Assembly: GCA_035686305.1 (NCBI GenBank)
Contig: DASRZP010000103.1
Span: forward strand, 3,534 to 67,533
DNA from: Thermodesulfovibrionales bacterium
GTDB lineage: Bacteria; Nitrospirota; Thermodesulfovibrionia; Thermodesulfovibrionales; UBA9159
DNA: 64,000 bases
Direction of reading: 5' to 3'
Under the pieces are notes generated by a model that was given only the letters and a program-made list of their open reading frames with translations, was not told where the DNA came from and did no database searches. Below are positions 28,404-37,724 of this stretch, one piece after another; position 1 is the stretch's first letter, and each line of letters starts with the position of its first letter. The position numbers were made by a program, and so were the translations under genes.

Positions 28404-29804
28404 ATGACGAAACAAGATATAAGTGAGAAAGCCAGGGCATGGTGGCTTCTCTTTGTTCTGAGCGGCTTGAGCTATGCCATCACCTTTTTTAGTGTTCAGT
28501 ACACGGGGGAAGAGGCGATTTACACGGTCATGTCCTATGAGATGCGGTATCACGGCTATATCCTTACTCCCATCATGTATGGCGAGAGCTACAACCGCCC
28601 TCCCCTTGTCAACCTTCTTATCATAGCAGTCTCTGAGTTGGTCGGCTGGTCACATATGATTGTCGCAGAGCGTCTTGTCGCCGCGCTGGCCACTGTCAGC
28701 TCAGGCCTTCTCCTCGCATGGTTTTCACGCAGGCTCTGGGGGGATAGGGATTTCTCCGTCTTCGTGGCTCTCATCTACCTGACGATCGGTGATGTGCTTT
28801 TTTATAACGGCTGGCTCGCCTACAGCGATCCTCTCTTTGCTTTTTTTGTGCTGGCCGCAATGCTCATGGGCTGGCTCGCCGTGGAACAGCGGCGCAACAC
28901 CTATCTGGCTATCTCGCTGCTTGCTCTGTCCTGCGCATTTCTTACCAAAGTGGCGACTGCCTACGTCTTCTATGCCGTGGCGGTGATGATCGTGGCCCAC
29001 CGAACACGGGCATGGCGGTTTTTGTTCTCACGGCCGTCGATTGCGATGCACCTCCTGGCAATCGCTGTGCCGGTAATATGGTACACGACAGCGCCTGAAG
29101 GGGGCAGGATGGCCCACGCGATGCTCGCCAAGGTCTTGCAGAAGATGCAAACCAACGGCATTTTAGCTTACCTTGCCAAGCTCATCTATTTCCCCATTCG
29201 GACATCCCTGCAATTCCTGCCCGTTGCAGGGGTCCTTCTTTACACCCGGCTGAGGCGTTATCCGTTATCATCAATGGTTTATGACCCTCGCGTTTCGACG
29301 GCTCTTTGGATCGGGATCGTGGGCTATATCCCTCATTGGCTTTCCCCCCACTGCGCAATGCGTTATCTCATGCCTCTCTATGGGATAGCCGCACTCGTCC
29401 TTGCGGCTCACGCCTATGGGAATGGGAAAACACGCCGTCTGGTCCTCTCCTGGATAGTAATCGCCATCTTTCTGAAGTACGTCTTCGCCCTATGGGCTTT
29501 CCCCTATTACACGAAGCGCTTTCGGCCCGATTTCGATGCGATCGCGAAGGATATCCTTTCAGTGACTCACGGCGAGTCCCTCTATGTGACTGCGGCGGGA
29601 TGGGAAGGCATCGCAGTGACCGCGCAGATCGACCTCGCGATAGCTCCGAGGCCGCCGCTGGTGCTGCCGCCGCAGGGCTTGGCGCATGGATTTATAATCG
29701 CCGAGAAACCGGATCCGGCGATGGGGGAAGTATACCGTTCCTATCACAAGCTCTATTTGCTCTGTAGAGGCGACGCCTGTGCCGGACCAGCCGGCACTCA
29801 ATAA
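28404..29804 (+). CDS. GT39/ArnT-like membrane glycosyltransferase (polyprenyl-phosphate sugar dependent)
   Basis: 466 aa polytopic protein. The first loop (GEEAIYTVMSYEM...YNRPPL) and the overall topology resemble the ArnT/PMT family. Confidence 0.65.
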   Translation: MTKQDISEKARAWWLLFVLSGLSYAITFFSVQYTGEEAIYTVMSYEMRYHGYILTPIMYGESYNRPPLVNLLIIAVSELVGWSHMIVAERLVAALATVSSGLLLAWFSRRLWGDRDFSVFVALIYLTIGDVLFYNGWLAYSDPLFAFFVLAAMLMGWLAVEQRRNTYLAISLLALSCAFLTKVATAYVFYAVAVMIVAHRTRAWRFLFSRPSIAMHLLAIAVPVIWYTTAPEGGRMAHAMLAKVLQKMQTNGILAYLAKLIYFPIRTSLQFLPVAGVLLYTRLRRYPLSSMVYDPRVSTALWIGIVGYIPHWLSPHCAMRYLMPLYGIAALVLAAHAYGNGKTRRLVLSWIVIAIFLKYVFALWAFPYYTKRFRPDFDAIAKDILSVTHGESLYVTAAGWEGIAVTAQIDLAIAPRPPLVLPPQGLAHGFIIAEKPDPAMGEVYRSYHKLYLLCRGDACAGPAGTQ

Positions 29805-29895
29805 CGATCAGCTGATGCGGAATTCTGGGGACACCATACCCAATTCTGTTCACCCCTTTTCTTCCTCCCCGGTTTTTGTTCAGACAGAACCCGAC

Positions 29896-30405
29896 TTATT
29901 TCTTGAGGAACATGCACATACGAAGCTGCCCAGTATGCCGAGAATTCCAAAAGTCATAGCTCCAGACGTAGGTAGCCTTCAGATCAACAAGGGAGCCATT
30001 GCTTACAACCTCAGAAAAAAACCCATGTGCGCCTTCAAACGTTGTTATGTCAGTGAAGACCGAGGTACCATGTACGACTAAAGATCCATCGGCTGAGAGG
30101 ATGGTATCGCGTGTAATTGCAACACCCGGATAATTATCTTCGCGTTGATATAAGTTGCCCCATGTGCTCTCGTGGAATGACAGTGTCCATGAATCTAGAA
30201 AAACACTGGCCTTGGAATCGCCACCCGCGCTTGAAGTCACCCGGCTCGAGGCATAATAAACAACGTCTGCCCCAATACATGGGTCTGTCTGGACCGGCGG
30301 CTTCACGGAGCCTATGGGTCCGATGCCACCTGCAGCGGATGCATCGGTCGCAACGATGATGGAGACGAGAACCGCAGATAAAGTCGAAAGCCTTTTGAAT
30401 CTCAT
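29896..30405 (-). CDS. secreted hypothetical protein
   Basis: Signal peptide MRFKRLSTLSAVLVSIIVATDASAAG. No motif was recognised. Confidence 0.5.
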   Translation of the reverse strand: MRFKRLSTLSAVLVSIIVATDASAAGGIGPIGSVKPPVQTDPCIGADVVYYASSRVTSSAGGDSKASVFLDSWTLSFHESTWGNLYQREDNYPGVAITRDTILSADGSLVVHGTSVFTDITTFEGAHGFFSEVVSNGSLVDLKATYVWSYDFWNSRHTGQLRMCMFLKK

Positions 30406-30522
30406 GACATCCTCCCAGTGTAAAACTGTACTAAGTTCAGAATTCTGCTCTTTCCCTGAGCGACCTCTGTCAATACTCAGAAGAGAAATCTCCCGACGAG
30501 TGGTCCGGAAGGCACCCAGGGT

Positions 30523-31653
30523 TCATTGTAGTTCCAATCTTTCGAAGAGCTCCGTTATCACCGTATTCGAAAGCACGATGCCCCTCCTCGTAAGCCTGAC
30601 ATGGCTTCCGTCTGACAACAACAGACCGTCCCTCACCAAAGGCTCTGACGCTGTCACGATGTCGATTCCAAGGTTCTCCCCGAATTCCCTGATATTGAGC
30701 CCCTCCGTCTTCCGCAGGCCGAGGAATATATACTCCTTTATCGCCTCCTCACAGGAGATCTCGACATCCTCTTCGATAGCAAGATCATCCCGAGCCAAAG
30801 TCTCAAGATACTTCCCGATGTCCGCGGTGTTTCTCGTCCTCCTCCCCCCGATGAAACTGTGAGCCCCTGGTCCGACACCCAAATAGTGCCCCCTGTCCCA
30901 GTAATTCAGATTATGTCTGCATTCAAAGCCGGGCCTTGCAAAATTTGAGATCTCATAATGGCCAAATCCGGCATTGCAAAAAGCATCTATTGCAAGGCAA
31001 TACATGTCGATAATCGTCTCTTCGTCAGGTTTCTTAAGCCTCCCCTGTTCGATCAAGCCGTGAAGAGGAGTCCCCTTCTCGGGCGTCAGTTCATAGGCCG
31101 AAATGTGCTCAGGAGATAATTCGACTGCCGTTGCAATCGCATGCGACCAGCCCTCCATAGTCTGCCCGGGAATCCCATAGATGAGATCGATCGAAATGTT
31201 ACCGACCTTCGAATATCGCGCCGCTCCTAGTGCGTTGATCACGTCTTCCCCGCTATGTATTCTGCCGAGCAGTCTCAAGTCCCTGTCATTGAATGCCTGT
31301 GCGCCGACGCTCAACCTGTTTATCCCTGCGTCACAGAGCGCACCGATCTTCTCCTCATCAATCGTCCCGGGATTCGCCTCAATCGTCACCTCAGCATGAG
31401 GCGCTATCCTGAAGGACTCTTGAATCTTTCTGAGCAGTCGCGCGAGCGCCGGGGCAGGAAGGGTCGTCGGAGTGCCGCCCCCGATATAGATTGTCCGCAA
31501 TTCTCCAACCCGCTCCTTTCTGAGGTCAAGTTCTCTTGAGACCGCAGCTATATATTCGAGGGCGAGGTCCTCATCATAGGGCACTGAGAGAAAATCACAG
31601 TAGATACATTTCTTTACACAGAAGGGGACGTGGATGTAAAGAGCATTCGTCAT
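30523..31653 (-). CDS. hemW: radical SAM heme chaperone HemW (HemN-like)
   Basis: LYIHVPFCVKKCIYCDF (CxxxCxxC radical-SAM motif) plus a HemN_C-like C-terminus. 376 aa. Confidence 0.85.
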   Translation of the reverse strand: MTNALYIHVPFCVKKCIYCDFLSVPYDEDLALEYIAAVSRELDLRKERVGELRTIYIGGGTPTTLPAPALARLLRKIQESFRIAPHAEVTIEANPGTIDEEKIGALCDAGINRLSVGAQAFNDRDLRLLGRIHSGEDVINALGAARYSKVGNISIDLIYGIPGQTMEGWSHAIATAVELSPEHISAYELTPEKGTPLHGLIEQGRLKKPDEETIIDMYCLAIDAFCNAGFGHYEISNFARPGFECRHNLNYWDRGHYLGVGPGAHSFIGGRRTRNTADIGKYLETLARDDLAIEEDVEISCEEAIKEYIFLGLRKTEGLNIREFGENLGIDIVTASEPLVRDGLLLSDGSHVRLTRRGIVLSNTVITELFERLELQ

Positions 31654-31744
31654 GGTGCTTTATCAAACACAGGTCGCGGGCTTCTGAATTGCCGTTATGC
31701 CTTCGCCGCCGCCTCCCGCCTAAGAGGGCTCCTAGAAAAGATTC

Positions 31745-32767
31745 CTACTGGGAGACTTCATCGAGTGCCCTGAGAATGGCCGCCTCGCTAATATCCTTTG
31801 TGCCGACGAGGCGCACCGCCTTTTTTGTTTTCTCGTTGTTGACGACGACTGTGGGGGTGGCAGTGACCTTATAGGTCCTGGCAATTTCATCATAGAATTT
31901 TATTCCCCTGTTGGCGAGCATAAAACTCAGGGGTCTATAGGTGACGTGCAATGGAGTTATCGCCTTCTGAACATCTTCCGTTGACGGCTCCTTGGTCTTC
32001 TCTGTCAGGCCCATGAGCGCCCTCCTCAGTTCGAGGTACTTCTCTTTTTCATGGACAAGAAAGGAAAGGTTATAGGGAGTATAATTCAGCGATTCTCCAT
32101 GGATCGGGACATCGACAAAGACGACCTTGGCCCTTTTCCCGATGGCCGGGACCGTCCTCTCTATCTCCTGCTCAGCCTTGCGGCATGCCGGACAGAACCA
32201 GTCCGTCAAAATGAAGACCTCAAGGGAGCTGCTCTTATTCCCCATAATGATGTCAGGGATGTTCTCCTCAGCTTCACTCTTCTGAGCGCCTCTGTAAGCT
32301 ACATAGAACCCGACGGTAAAGACGATAACGATAACTGATAGCTTTCTTAATACCGGCATAACGGACATTCTCCTCTCTCTCATGGGATTCAGCGTAAAGC
32401 CTTTTATCTTTTCGAAAGAAACTATTGCGGCAGTGAAATACACTGTGGCAGCTACCCCGACACACAGCTTGCACCATTGCTGGATCTCATACTTCTGAAT
32501 GAGAATAAAGGCAAGTTCGGCCCCGCACGCCCCGAAGATCATGAGCAAGAAAAGCTGGGAGAAGATCCTCGATGAGATGCTGAGTTCATGGACAACCCCG
32601 GCTATGACAAAGAACGCAATCCCGACAATCGAAAAGGGGATTCCGAAGATGGCATACTTGTGCGCTTCAGCACAGGCAAATGTTCCGCAGAGATCGAGGA
32701 CCGATGCCACAGAGAGCGCGAGTCCGACAAGAAGAGAAGCCCGTGCGAGAAATCGCTTCGCCATCAT
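31745..32767 (-). CDS. VKOR-domain / thioredoxin-like (DsbA-type) fusion protein
   Basis: The N-terminal 4-5 TM region carries the Cys pairs CGTFAC and CKLC (VKOR-like). The C-terminal periplasmic Trx fold has a CPAC motif (DWFCPACRK). Confidence 0.75.
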   Translation of the reverse strand: MMAKRFLARASLLVGLALSVASVLDLCGTFACAEAHKYAIFGIPFSIVGIAFFVIAGVVHELSISSRIFSQLFLLMIFGACGAELAFILIQKYEIQQWCKLCVGVAATVYFTAAIVSFEKIKGFTLNPMRERRMSVMPVLRKLSVIVIVFTVGFYVAYRGAQKSEAEENIPDIIMGNKSSSLEVFILTDWFCPACRKAEQEIERTVPAIGKRAKVVFVDVPIHGESLNYTPYNLSFLVHEKEKYLELRRALMGLTEKTKEPSTEDVQKAITPLHVTYRPLSFMLANRGIKFYDEIARTYKVTATPTVVVNNEKTKKAVRLVGTKDISEAAILRALDEVSQ

Positions 32768-32845
32768 TTGTGCCTCCCTGTTGCTTTCTCCTTCATCATT
32801 CTATAATATCATATCCCATTGGCTGCCTCCTTATCTTCCCTTTGC

Positions 32846-32878
32846 ATAAAACGATCTTGTACCTGAAGGCAAGATCGT
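32846..32878 (-). terminator. hairpin plus U-run at the downstream (minus-strand) end of repeat copy C
   Basis: The minus strand reads ACGATCTTG-ccttcaggta-CAAGATCGT followed by TTTTAT, giving a perfect 9-bp stem. It lies about 80 nt upstream of the VKOR-DsbA start codon. Confidence 0.5.
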
Positions 32879-33076
32879 GAGAAGCCGTGTGTCGCGATAC
32901 CTTCGTTGGTTGCCGCGTGCTCACGTATACTCAATGCGGGCAGCCACCTTCGTCGAAGTCCTCGAAGTACCTCATTGCCGGACTCTCATAGCATGATACA
33001 GGGCTCCGATCGATGCCTGCCTGATAGGTTGCAACGGGAAGGTTTACCTTTCGCCGATCTCTGTTATATACTTCGA
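32851..33076 (-). repeat. dispersed non-coding element, copy C (full length, ends in a terminator-like hairpin)
   Basis: See copy B. Conserved blocks include gaagcc-N-tgt-N-tcgcgat, caccttc-N3-gaagtc-N-tcgaagtacc, cagggct(t/c)cgatc-N-atgcc-N-gcctga, ttgcaac-N3-aaggtt and tata-N-acttcg. Track ORFs 32906..33106(+) and 32931..33116(-) overlap it but have no conserved counterpart in copy B. Confidence 0.6.
33062..33070 (+). promoter_or_regulatory. extended -10-like box (TGtTATATA) 8 nt upstream of the mazG ATG; no SD
   Basis: The sequence is ctGTtTATATActtcgatcATG. No purine-rich SD lies between the box and the ATG, which suggests a leaderless or very short-leader mRNA. Confidence 0.3.
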
Positions 33077-33078
33077 TC

Positions 33079-33858
33079 ATGTCAAAGGATGCATTCCAAA
33101 GACTGATCGACATCATGGCTGCCCTTCGCGGCGAGAACGGCTGTCCATGGGACAGGGAGCAGACCAGAGAGTCTCTGAAGCCCTTCCTCGTTGAAGAGAC
33201 CTACGAGGTTCTTGAGGCGATCGATGAGGGCAAACCTGAAATGATAAAAGAGGAACTTGGGGACCTCCTCTTCCAGATCATCTTCCATTGCCGCATCGCT
33301 GATGAGCGCAAGGAGTTTACCATGACTGACGTAGCCGATGCGATTGCTGAGAAGATGATCGGAAGGCATCCCCATGTCTTTGGAGATGCCCGGTTCGAGA
33401 CCTCCGAGGAAGTCCTCAGGCAATGGGAGGACCGGAAAAAGGAGGAGGGGAAGAACAGGGAATCGATTCTTGAGGGGATCCCGAAGAGCCTCCCTTCCCT
33501 TCTCAAGGCGCACAGGATACAGGCGAGGGCGTCACGTGTCGGCTTTGACTGGAGACAGGTGGATGACGTTCTCGAAAAGCTCGAAGAAGAATTGCGGGAA
33601 TTCAGGACGGCCCTCGAAAAAAAGGACCAGAAAGAGATCGAAGACGAGCTTGGAGACATCTTCTTTGTCCTGGTGAATATTTCACGGTTCGTGGGCGTCA
33701 ATCCCGAGGATGCCCTGCGGAAGACGATCAGCAAGTTCATCTCGCGCTTTCGCCATATCGAGATGGCGGCCAGCGAATCGGGCAGGAAGTTGTCAGAGAT
33801 GACCCTCGAAGAAATGGATGCCCTTTGGGACGAGGCGAAGAAGAGAAGAAAAGGCTGA
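33079..33858 (+). CDS. mazG: nucleoside triphosphate pyrophosphohydrolase MazG
   Basis: LRGENGCPWDREQTRESLKPFLVEETYEV plus a second EELGDIFF repeat, i.e. the tandem MazG domains. Confidence 0.9.
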   Translation: MSKDAFQRLIDIMAALRGENGCPWDREQTRESLKPFLVEETYEVLEAIDEGKPEMIKEELGDLLFQIIFHCRIADERKEFTMTDVADAIAEKMIGRHPHVFGDARFETSEEVLRQWEDRKKEEGKNRESILEGIPKSLPSLLKAHRIQARASRVGFDWRQVDDVLEKLEEELREFRTALEKKDQKEIEDELGDIFFVLVNISRFVGVNPEDALRKTISKFISRFRHIEMAASESGRKLSEMTLEEMDALWDEAKKRRKG

Positions 33859-33886
33859 GAGAAGGTTTAGCCTTCTTCGCCTGCCC

Positions 33887-35005
33887 TCATGCCGACGGTA
33901 CGAGCACTTTGCCCGTAAGCTCGTCCATAAGGGCCTTGACAGGGACGATCTTGTCAACGCGGCTGGCATTTGTGCCGACGGTGTAGAGAGGTTCTTCCCT
34001 GTCGGGATTATAACCCGCAGAACTGAGAAGTCCATTGCAGATACAGAAATGGTGTTCGTTGCTCTCCTTGGCTGGACAGATGCTGAATTTGCCGTCCCTA
34101 TCTTTGAGAAGCACATATCCCTTGTCGCACTTCGGCTTTCTCAGCCTCTTGAGCGCGGAGACATACATAGGAGACTGTTTTATCACCCTGAAAGGCAGGC
34201 CACAGGGTGAACCAGGATCATGAGCAACGATGATGTCCTCCTCCCTGGCGCCGACCACGGCCCGTTTATAGTCATCCGTCGCGCTGCTCTCTTCCGTCGC
34301 GAGGAATCGCGTCCCCATCTGAACACCGTCTGCACCCATCTTGAAAAATTTGAGGATATCCTCATGAGTATAGATACCCCCGGCGACGATAACGGGGAAG
34401 TCTCCGTATTTCCTCGCCATCTCCTTAACAGGCGCGAAGAGGTTTTCGAGCCTGTTGCAGTCAAGGTCTATCTGGTCGATCTTAAAGCCAAGGTGACCGC
34501 CGGCAAGGGGACCTTCGAGAACCACGGCATCAGGTCTGGAGCCGATCTTCTCCCATTTCTTGCAGATGATATCGAGGGCCCGCGAAGATGAAACGATAGG
34601 GATCAGGGCCGTATCCTTCTGGGGCTGAATAGCAGGAAGAGTCAGGGGGAGCCCTGCCCCTGCAATGATCGCATCGGCCCCGGCGTCAAGAGCACCTCTC
34701 ACAGAGTCGTTGAAGTCCCTGACCAGGGCGTTCATGATGTTGATGCCGACAAAACCCCCGGCAGCCTTCGAGCGCGAGACTTCTTCGTAGGAGGCCTCGT
34801 AAGTGCTGTATTTCTTGCCGGTCCTCTTCGTCAGGAGCCTGTCGAGGCAGGCACTTGATATTATGCCGAGTCCTCCCTCCCTTGCAACGGCGGATGCAAG
34901 AGGATAGAGGGATACGCCTACACCCATCCCCCCTTGTATGATGGGTACCCGTATCTTTTTTCCTCTTATGACGAGCGCAGGCAGCGCCTGTTCCTGATCA
35001 AACAT
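33887..35005 (-). CDS. nitronate monooxygenase / FabK-like FMN-dependent oxidoreductase
   Basis: VPIIQGGMGVGVS and VIVAGGIYTHEDI are TIM-barrel NMO motifs. 372 aa, with a Cys-containing C-terminal extension. Confidence 0.8.
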   Translation of the reverse strand: MFDQEQALPALVIRGKKIRVPIIQGGMGVGVSLYPLASAVAREGGLGIISSACLDRLLTKRTGKKYSTYEASYEEVSRSKAAGGFVGINIMNALVRDFNDSVRGALDAGADAIIAGAGLPLTLPAIQPQKDTALIPIVSSSRALDIICKKWEKIGSRPDAVVLEGPLAGGHLGFKIDQIDLDCNRLENLFAPVKEMARKYGDFPVIVAGGIYTHEDILKFFKMGADGVQMGTRFLATEESSATDDYKRAVVGAREEDIIVAHDPGSPCGLPFRVIKQSPMYVSALKRLRKPKCDKGYVLLKDRDGKFSICPAKESNEHHFCICNGLLSSAGYNPDREEPLYTVGTNASRVDKIVPVKALMDELTGKVLVPSA

Positions 35006-35101
35006 GAAAAAACCTCGCAGACTGCGGAAAGAGTTTCCTAGGCGGGATGCCAGCCACGAGAAATTCCTTCCTTTGGTCCTGAAACAATGCCGCTGTCATT
35101 A

Positions 35102-35118
35102 ATTGTTATTATAACAAT
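35102..35118. promoter_or_regulatory. perfect palindrome ATTGTTAT-T-ATAACAAT in the divergent intergenic region (candidate operator)
   Basis: 8-bp arms with a 1-nt spacer. It sits about 100 nt upstream of the NMO-family gene start (35005) and about 155 nt upstream of the tetR-family start (35274). Confidence 0.35.
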
Positions 35119-35223
35119 ATTTTACCAAGAAAATCTTCCGGAAATATTTCCTTCTCACCCCCCCGGCCGGCAGAAAGGATCCGTTCCTCCCCTCCGGCTG
35201 TACAAGGGCCTCGGAAGGAAGCA

Positions 35224-35253
35224 TTGACATTTCGTCCCGGGACCCTCCATAAT
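35224..35253 (+). promoter_or_regulatory. candidate sigma-70 promoter of the TetR-efflux operon
   Basis: TTGACA (35224..35229), an 18-nt spacer and CATAAT (35248..35253), about 20 nt before the tetR-family ATG. Confidence 0.35.
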
Positions 35254-35273
35254 GTAAGTAAGCACTAACAATC

Positions 35274-35861
35274 ATGAAGACCGCGGTCACGAGAGAAAAG
35301 ATCATCGATGCAGGGCTCAAGACGTTTTCGAGGAGGGGTTATCTCGGCTCGACAACGAAAGAGATCGCCGGCAAAGCCGGGATCGCCGAGGTGACGCTCT
35401 TCAGGCATTTCCCTTCAAAGGAGGAGCTCTTCGAAGAGGTGATAAGCACCCATTCCTTCCTGCCGACGCTGAAGGGACTCCTCCCTGAGGTCTCGACGAT
35501 GGCCTTTGAAGATGCCCTCACCCTCATCGCACGGAGGTTTCTCGATACCCTCAACCTGAGAAAGGATATGATTAAGATCATGCATTCGGAGATGCATCGC
35601 TACCCGGAGAAGATCCAGAAGATATACCACGCCTTCGTCGACGAGATCAGGAAGACCCTCGCTTCCTATTTTGTTGAAATGCAGAAAAAGGGGGTCCTCA
35701 GGGAGTTTGACGCGGCCCTCGGAGCGAGGGCATTTTTCGGGATGTTTTTGTCCTATTTCAACGCCGAGGAATTTCTCACGTCCAAGAGGCACCGGACGGT
35801 TGATCCTGAAAAGACGATCAGGGAGTTCGTTGAGATCTTCATACAGGGAACGGTGAAATAA
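35274..35861 (+). CDS. TetR/AcrR-family transcriptional regulator
   Basis: N-terminal HTH FSRRGYLGSTTKEIAGKAGIAEVTLFRHF. 195 aa. It heads the efflux operon. Confidence 0.85.
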   Translation: MKTAVTREKIIDAGLKTFSRRGYLGSTTKEIAGKAGIAEVTLFRHFPSKEELFEEVISTHSFLPTLKGLLPEVSTMAFEDALTLIARRFLDTLNLRKDMIKIMHSEMHRYPEKIQKIYHAFVDEIRKTLASYFVEMQKKGVLREFDAALGARAFFGMFLSYFNAEEFLTSKRHRTVDPEKTIREFVEIFIQGTVK

Positions 35862-35866
35862 CAAGG

Positions 35867-37024
35867 ATGATGAAAAAACTCCTGTTCGGCTTTCTCATTA
35901 TGACGGTCCTCGGCATTGCAGCCCTCCTCTCCTTCAGAAATAAGGAGACCCTGCCAAAGTACCGGACGGAAAAGGTCACCAGGGGAGAGATTGTGATGAA
36001 GGTAACAGCCACAGGAACGGTGAACGCCGTCACAACCGTCCTCGTTGGGACCCAGGTCTCGGGTACGATAAAGGAGATCTTTGTCGATTTCAATTCGCTT
36101 GTGAAAAAGGGCCAACTCATTGCCCGGATCGACCCGGCCCTCTTCGAGGAGCAGGTAGCCCAGGCAAAGGCAAATTTTCTCTCTGCAAAGGCCACACTCG
36201 AAAAATCGAATACGGCCCTTGTTGACGCCAAGAGGACCATGGACAGGAACAGGGAGCTCTTCTCAAAAAATCTCATCGCACGGAGTGACCTCGACACGGC
36301 CGAAACAAACTACGAGAGCGCCAGGGCTCAGGTCGGCGTCTCCAAGGCCCAGGTGGCGCAGGCGGAGGCTGCCCTGAAAAATGCAGAGACAAACCTCGGC
36401 TATACGCGGATCGTCTCACCCGTTAACGGGACCGTCGTCTCGAGGAATGTTGACGTGGGACAGACGGTCGCAGCGAGTTTCCAGACGCCCACGCTCTTCA
36501 CGATTGCTCAGGACCTGACGAAGATGCAGATCGATACGAATGTTGACGAAGCGGACATCGGCAAGGTGAAGATCGGGCAGGACGTCGAATTCACCGTGGA
36601 CGCTTACCGTGACGTCACCTTCAAGGGGAAGGTCGGCCAGGTGCGGATCGCGCCGATCACCGTCCAGAATGTTGTCACGTACGACGTCGTCATTACCGTG
36701 AATAATCCTGATTTTAAACTGAACCCCGGCATGACTGCAAACGTTTCGATCATTGTGGCCCAGAAGCAGGACGTGCTGAAAATACCGAATGCCGCCCTCA
36801 GATTCAAGCCTGCAGACAAGACAAAGGCGAAACAGCCGCAGAAAGGATCGGGTATCTGGATTCTCGAAAACGAAAAGCCGAAGCGCCTCCCCGTCAGCAT
36901 CGGCGTGAGCGACGGGAACTTTACCGAGATCGTGACGGGAGACGTGAAAGAGGGTCAGGAAGTGATCATAGAGGCGTTGACAAGACCGAAGAGTCCTTCG
37001 ACGTCTGGCCCGAGAATGTTCTGA
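35867..37024 (+). CDS. MacA-like periplasmic adaptor (HlyD/MFP family)
   Basis: Has an N-terminal TM segment, a coiled-coil hairpin (AQAKANFLSAKATLEKS...AEAALKNAETNLGYTRI) and a beta-barrel region. A MacB-type ABC pair follows directly. Confidence 0.85.
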   Translation: MMKKLLFGFLIMTVLGIAALLSFRNKETLPKYRTEKVTRGEIVMKVTATGTVNAVTTVLVGTQVSGTIKEIFVDFNSLVKKGQLIARIDPALFEEQVAQAKANFLSAKATLEKSNTALVDAKRTMDRNRELFSKNLIARSDLDTAETNYESARAQVGVSKAQVAQAEAALKNAETNLGYTRIVSPVNGTVVSRNVDVGQTVAASFQTPTLFTIAQDLTKMQIDTNVDEADIGKVKIGQDVEFTVDAYRDVTFKGKVGQVRIAPITVQNVVTYDVVITVNNPDFKLNPGMTANVSIIVAQKQDVLKIPNAALRFKPADKTKAKQPQKGSGIWILENEKPKRLPVSIGVSDGNFTEIVTGDVKEGQEVIIEALTRPKSPSTSGPRMF

Positions 37025-37025
37025 T

Positions 37026-37715
37026 ATGCCACTCATCGAGGCACGGGAAATCAACAAGGTGTACAGGCTCGGCGATATCGATCTGGAGGCACTCTCCGAT
37101 GTCTCTGCAACCATTGAAAAGGGGGAAATGGTCGCGATCATGGGGCCTTCGGGCTCAGGCAAATCCACATTCATGAATATCCTCGGATGTCTCGATACAC
37201 CGACAGGCGGCCGGTACCTTTTGGAGAGTATCGATGTGGGCAAACTCGACAGGGACGAACTGGCAGGGATAAGGAACAAGAAGATCGGTTTTGTCTTTCA
37301 GGGCTTCAATCTCCTTCCAAGGACGTCTGCCATGGAGAACGTCCAGCTCCCGCTGTTATACAACGGACTCCCTTCAAAGCAAAGAAAGGAGCGGGCAATC
37401 GCAGCGCTCAGGAGCGTGGGGCTTGAAGACAGGGAGAACCATCACCCCAACCAATTGTCAGGGGGCCAGCAGCAGAGGGTGGCGATCGCGAGGGCGCTCG
37501 TGAATGACGCCCCCATCATCCTCGCCGATGAACCTACGGGCAACCTCGACACAAAGACGAGCAATGAGATTATGGAACTCTTTGTTAAACTGAACACGGA
37601 ATCGGCCATCACCGTTATCCTCGTGACTCACGAACAGGACATAGCGGCGTTCAGCAGGCGGATCATCCGTTTCCTCGACGGCCGCATCGTGAGCGACAGG
37701 CCGGCAAAAGGATAA
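37026..37715 (+). CDS. MacB/LolD-type ABC transporter ATP-binding protein
   Basis: Walker A (GPSGSGKST), signature ([15 protein letters not shown]) and Walker B ([11 protein letters not shown]). Confidence 0.9.
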   Translation: MPLIEAREINKVYRLGDIDLEALSDVSATIEKGEMVAIMGPSGSGKSTFMNILGCLDTPTGGRYLLESIDVGKLDRDELAGIRNKKIGFVFQGFNLLPRTSAMENVQLPLLYNGLPSKQRKERAIAALRSVGLEDRENHHPNQLSGGQQQRVAIARALVNDAPIILADEPTGNLDTKTSNEIMELFVKLNTESAITVILVTHEQDIAAFSRRIIRFLDGRIVSDRPAKG

Positions 37716-37724
37716 GAAGGATCA

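Noticed and set aside
32906-33116. Track ORFs 32906..33106(+) and 32931..33116(-) in the mazG / VKOR-dsbA intergenic region.
   Set aside because: Both overlap repeat copy C. Neither has an SD or a conserved counterpart frame in copy B.
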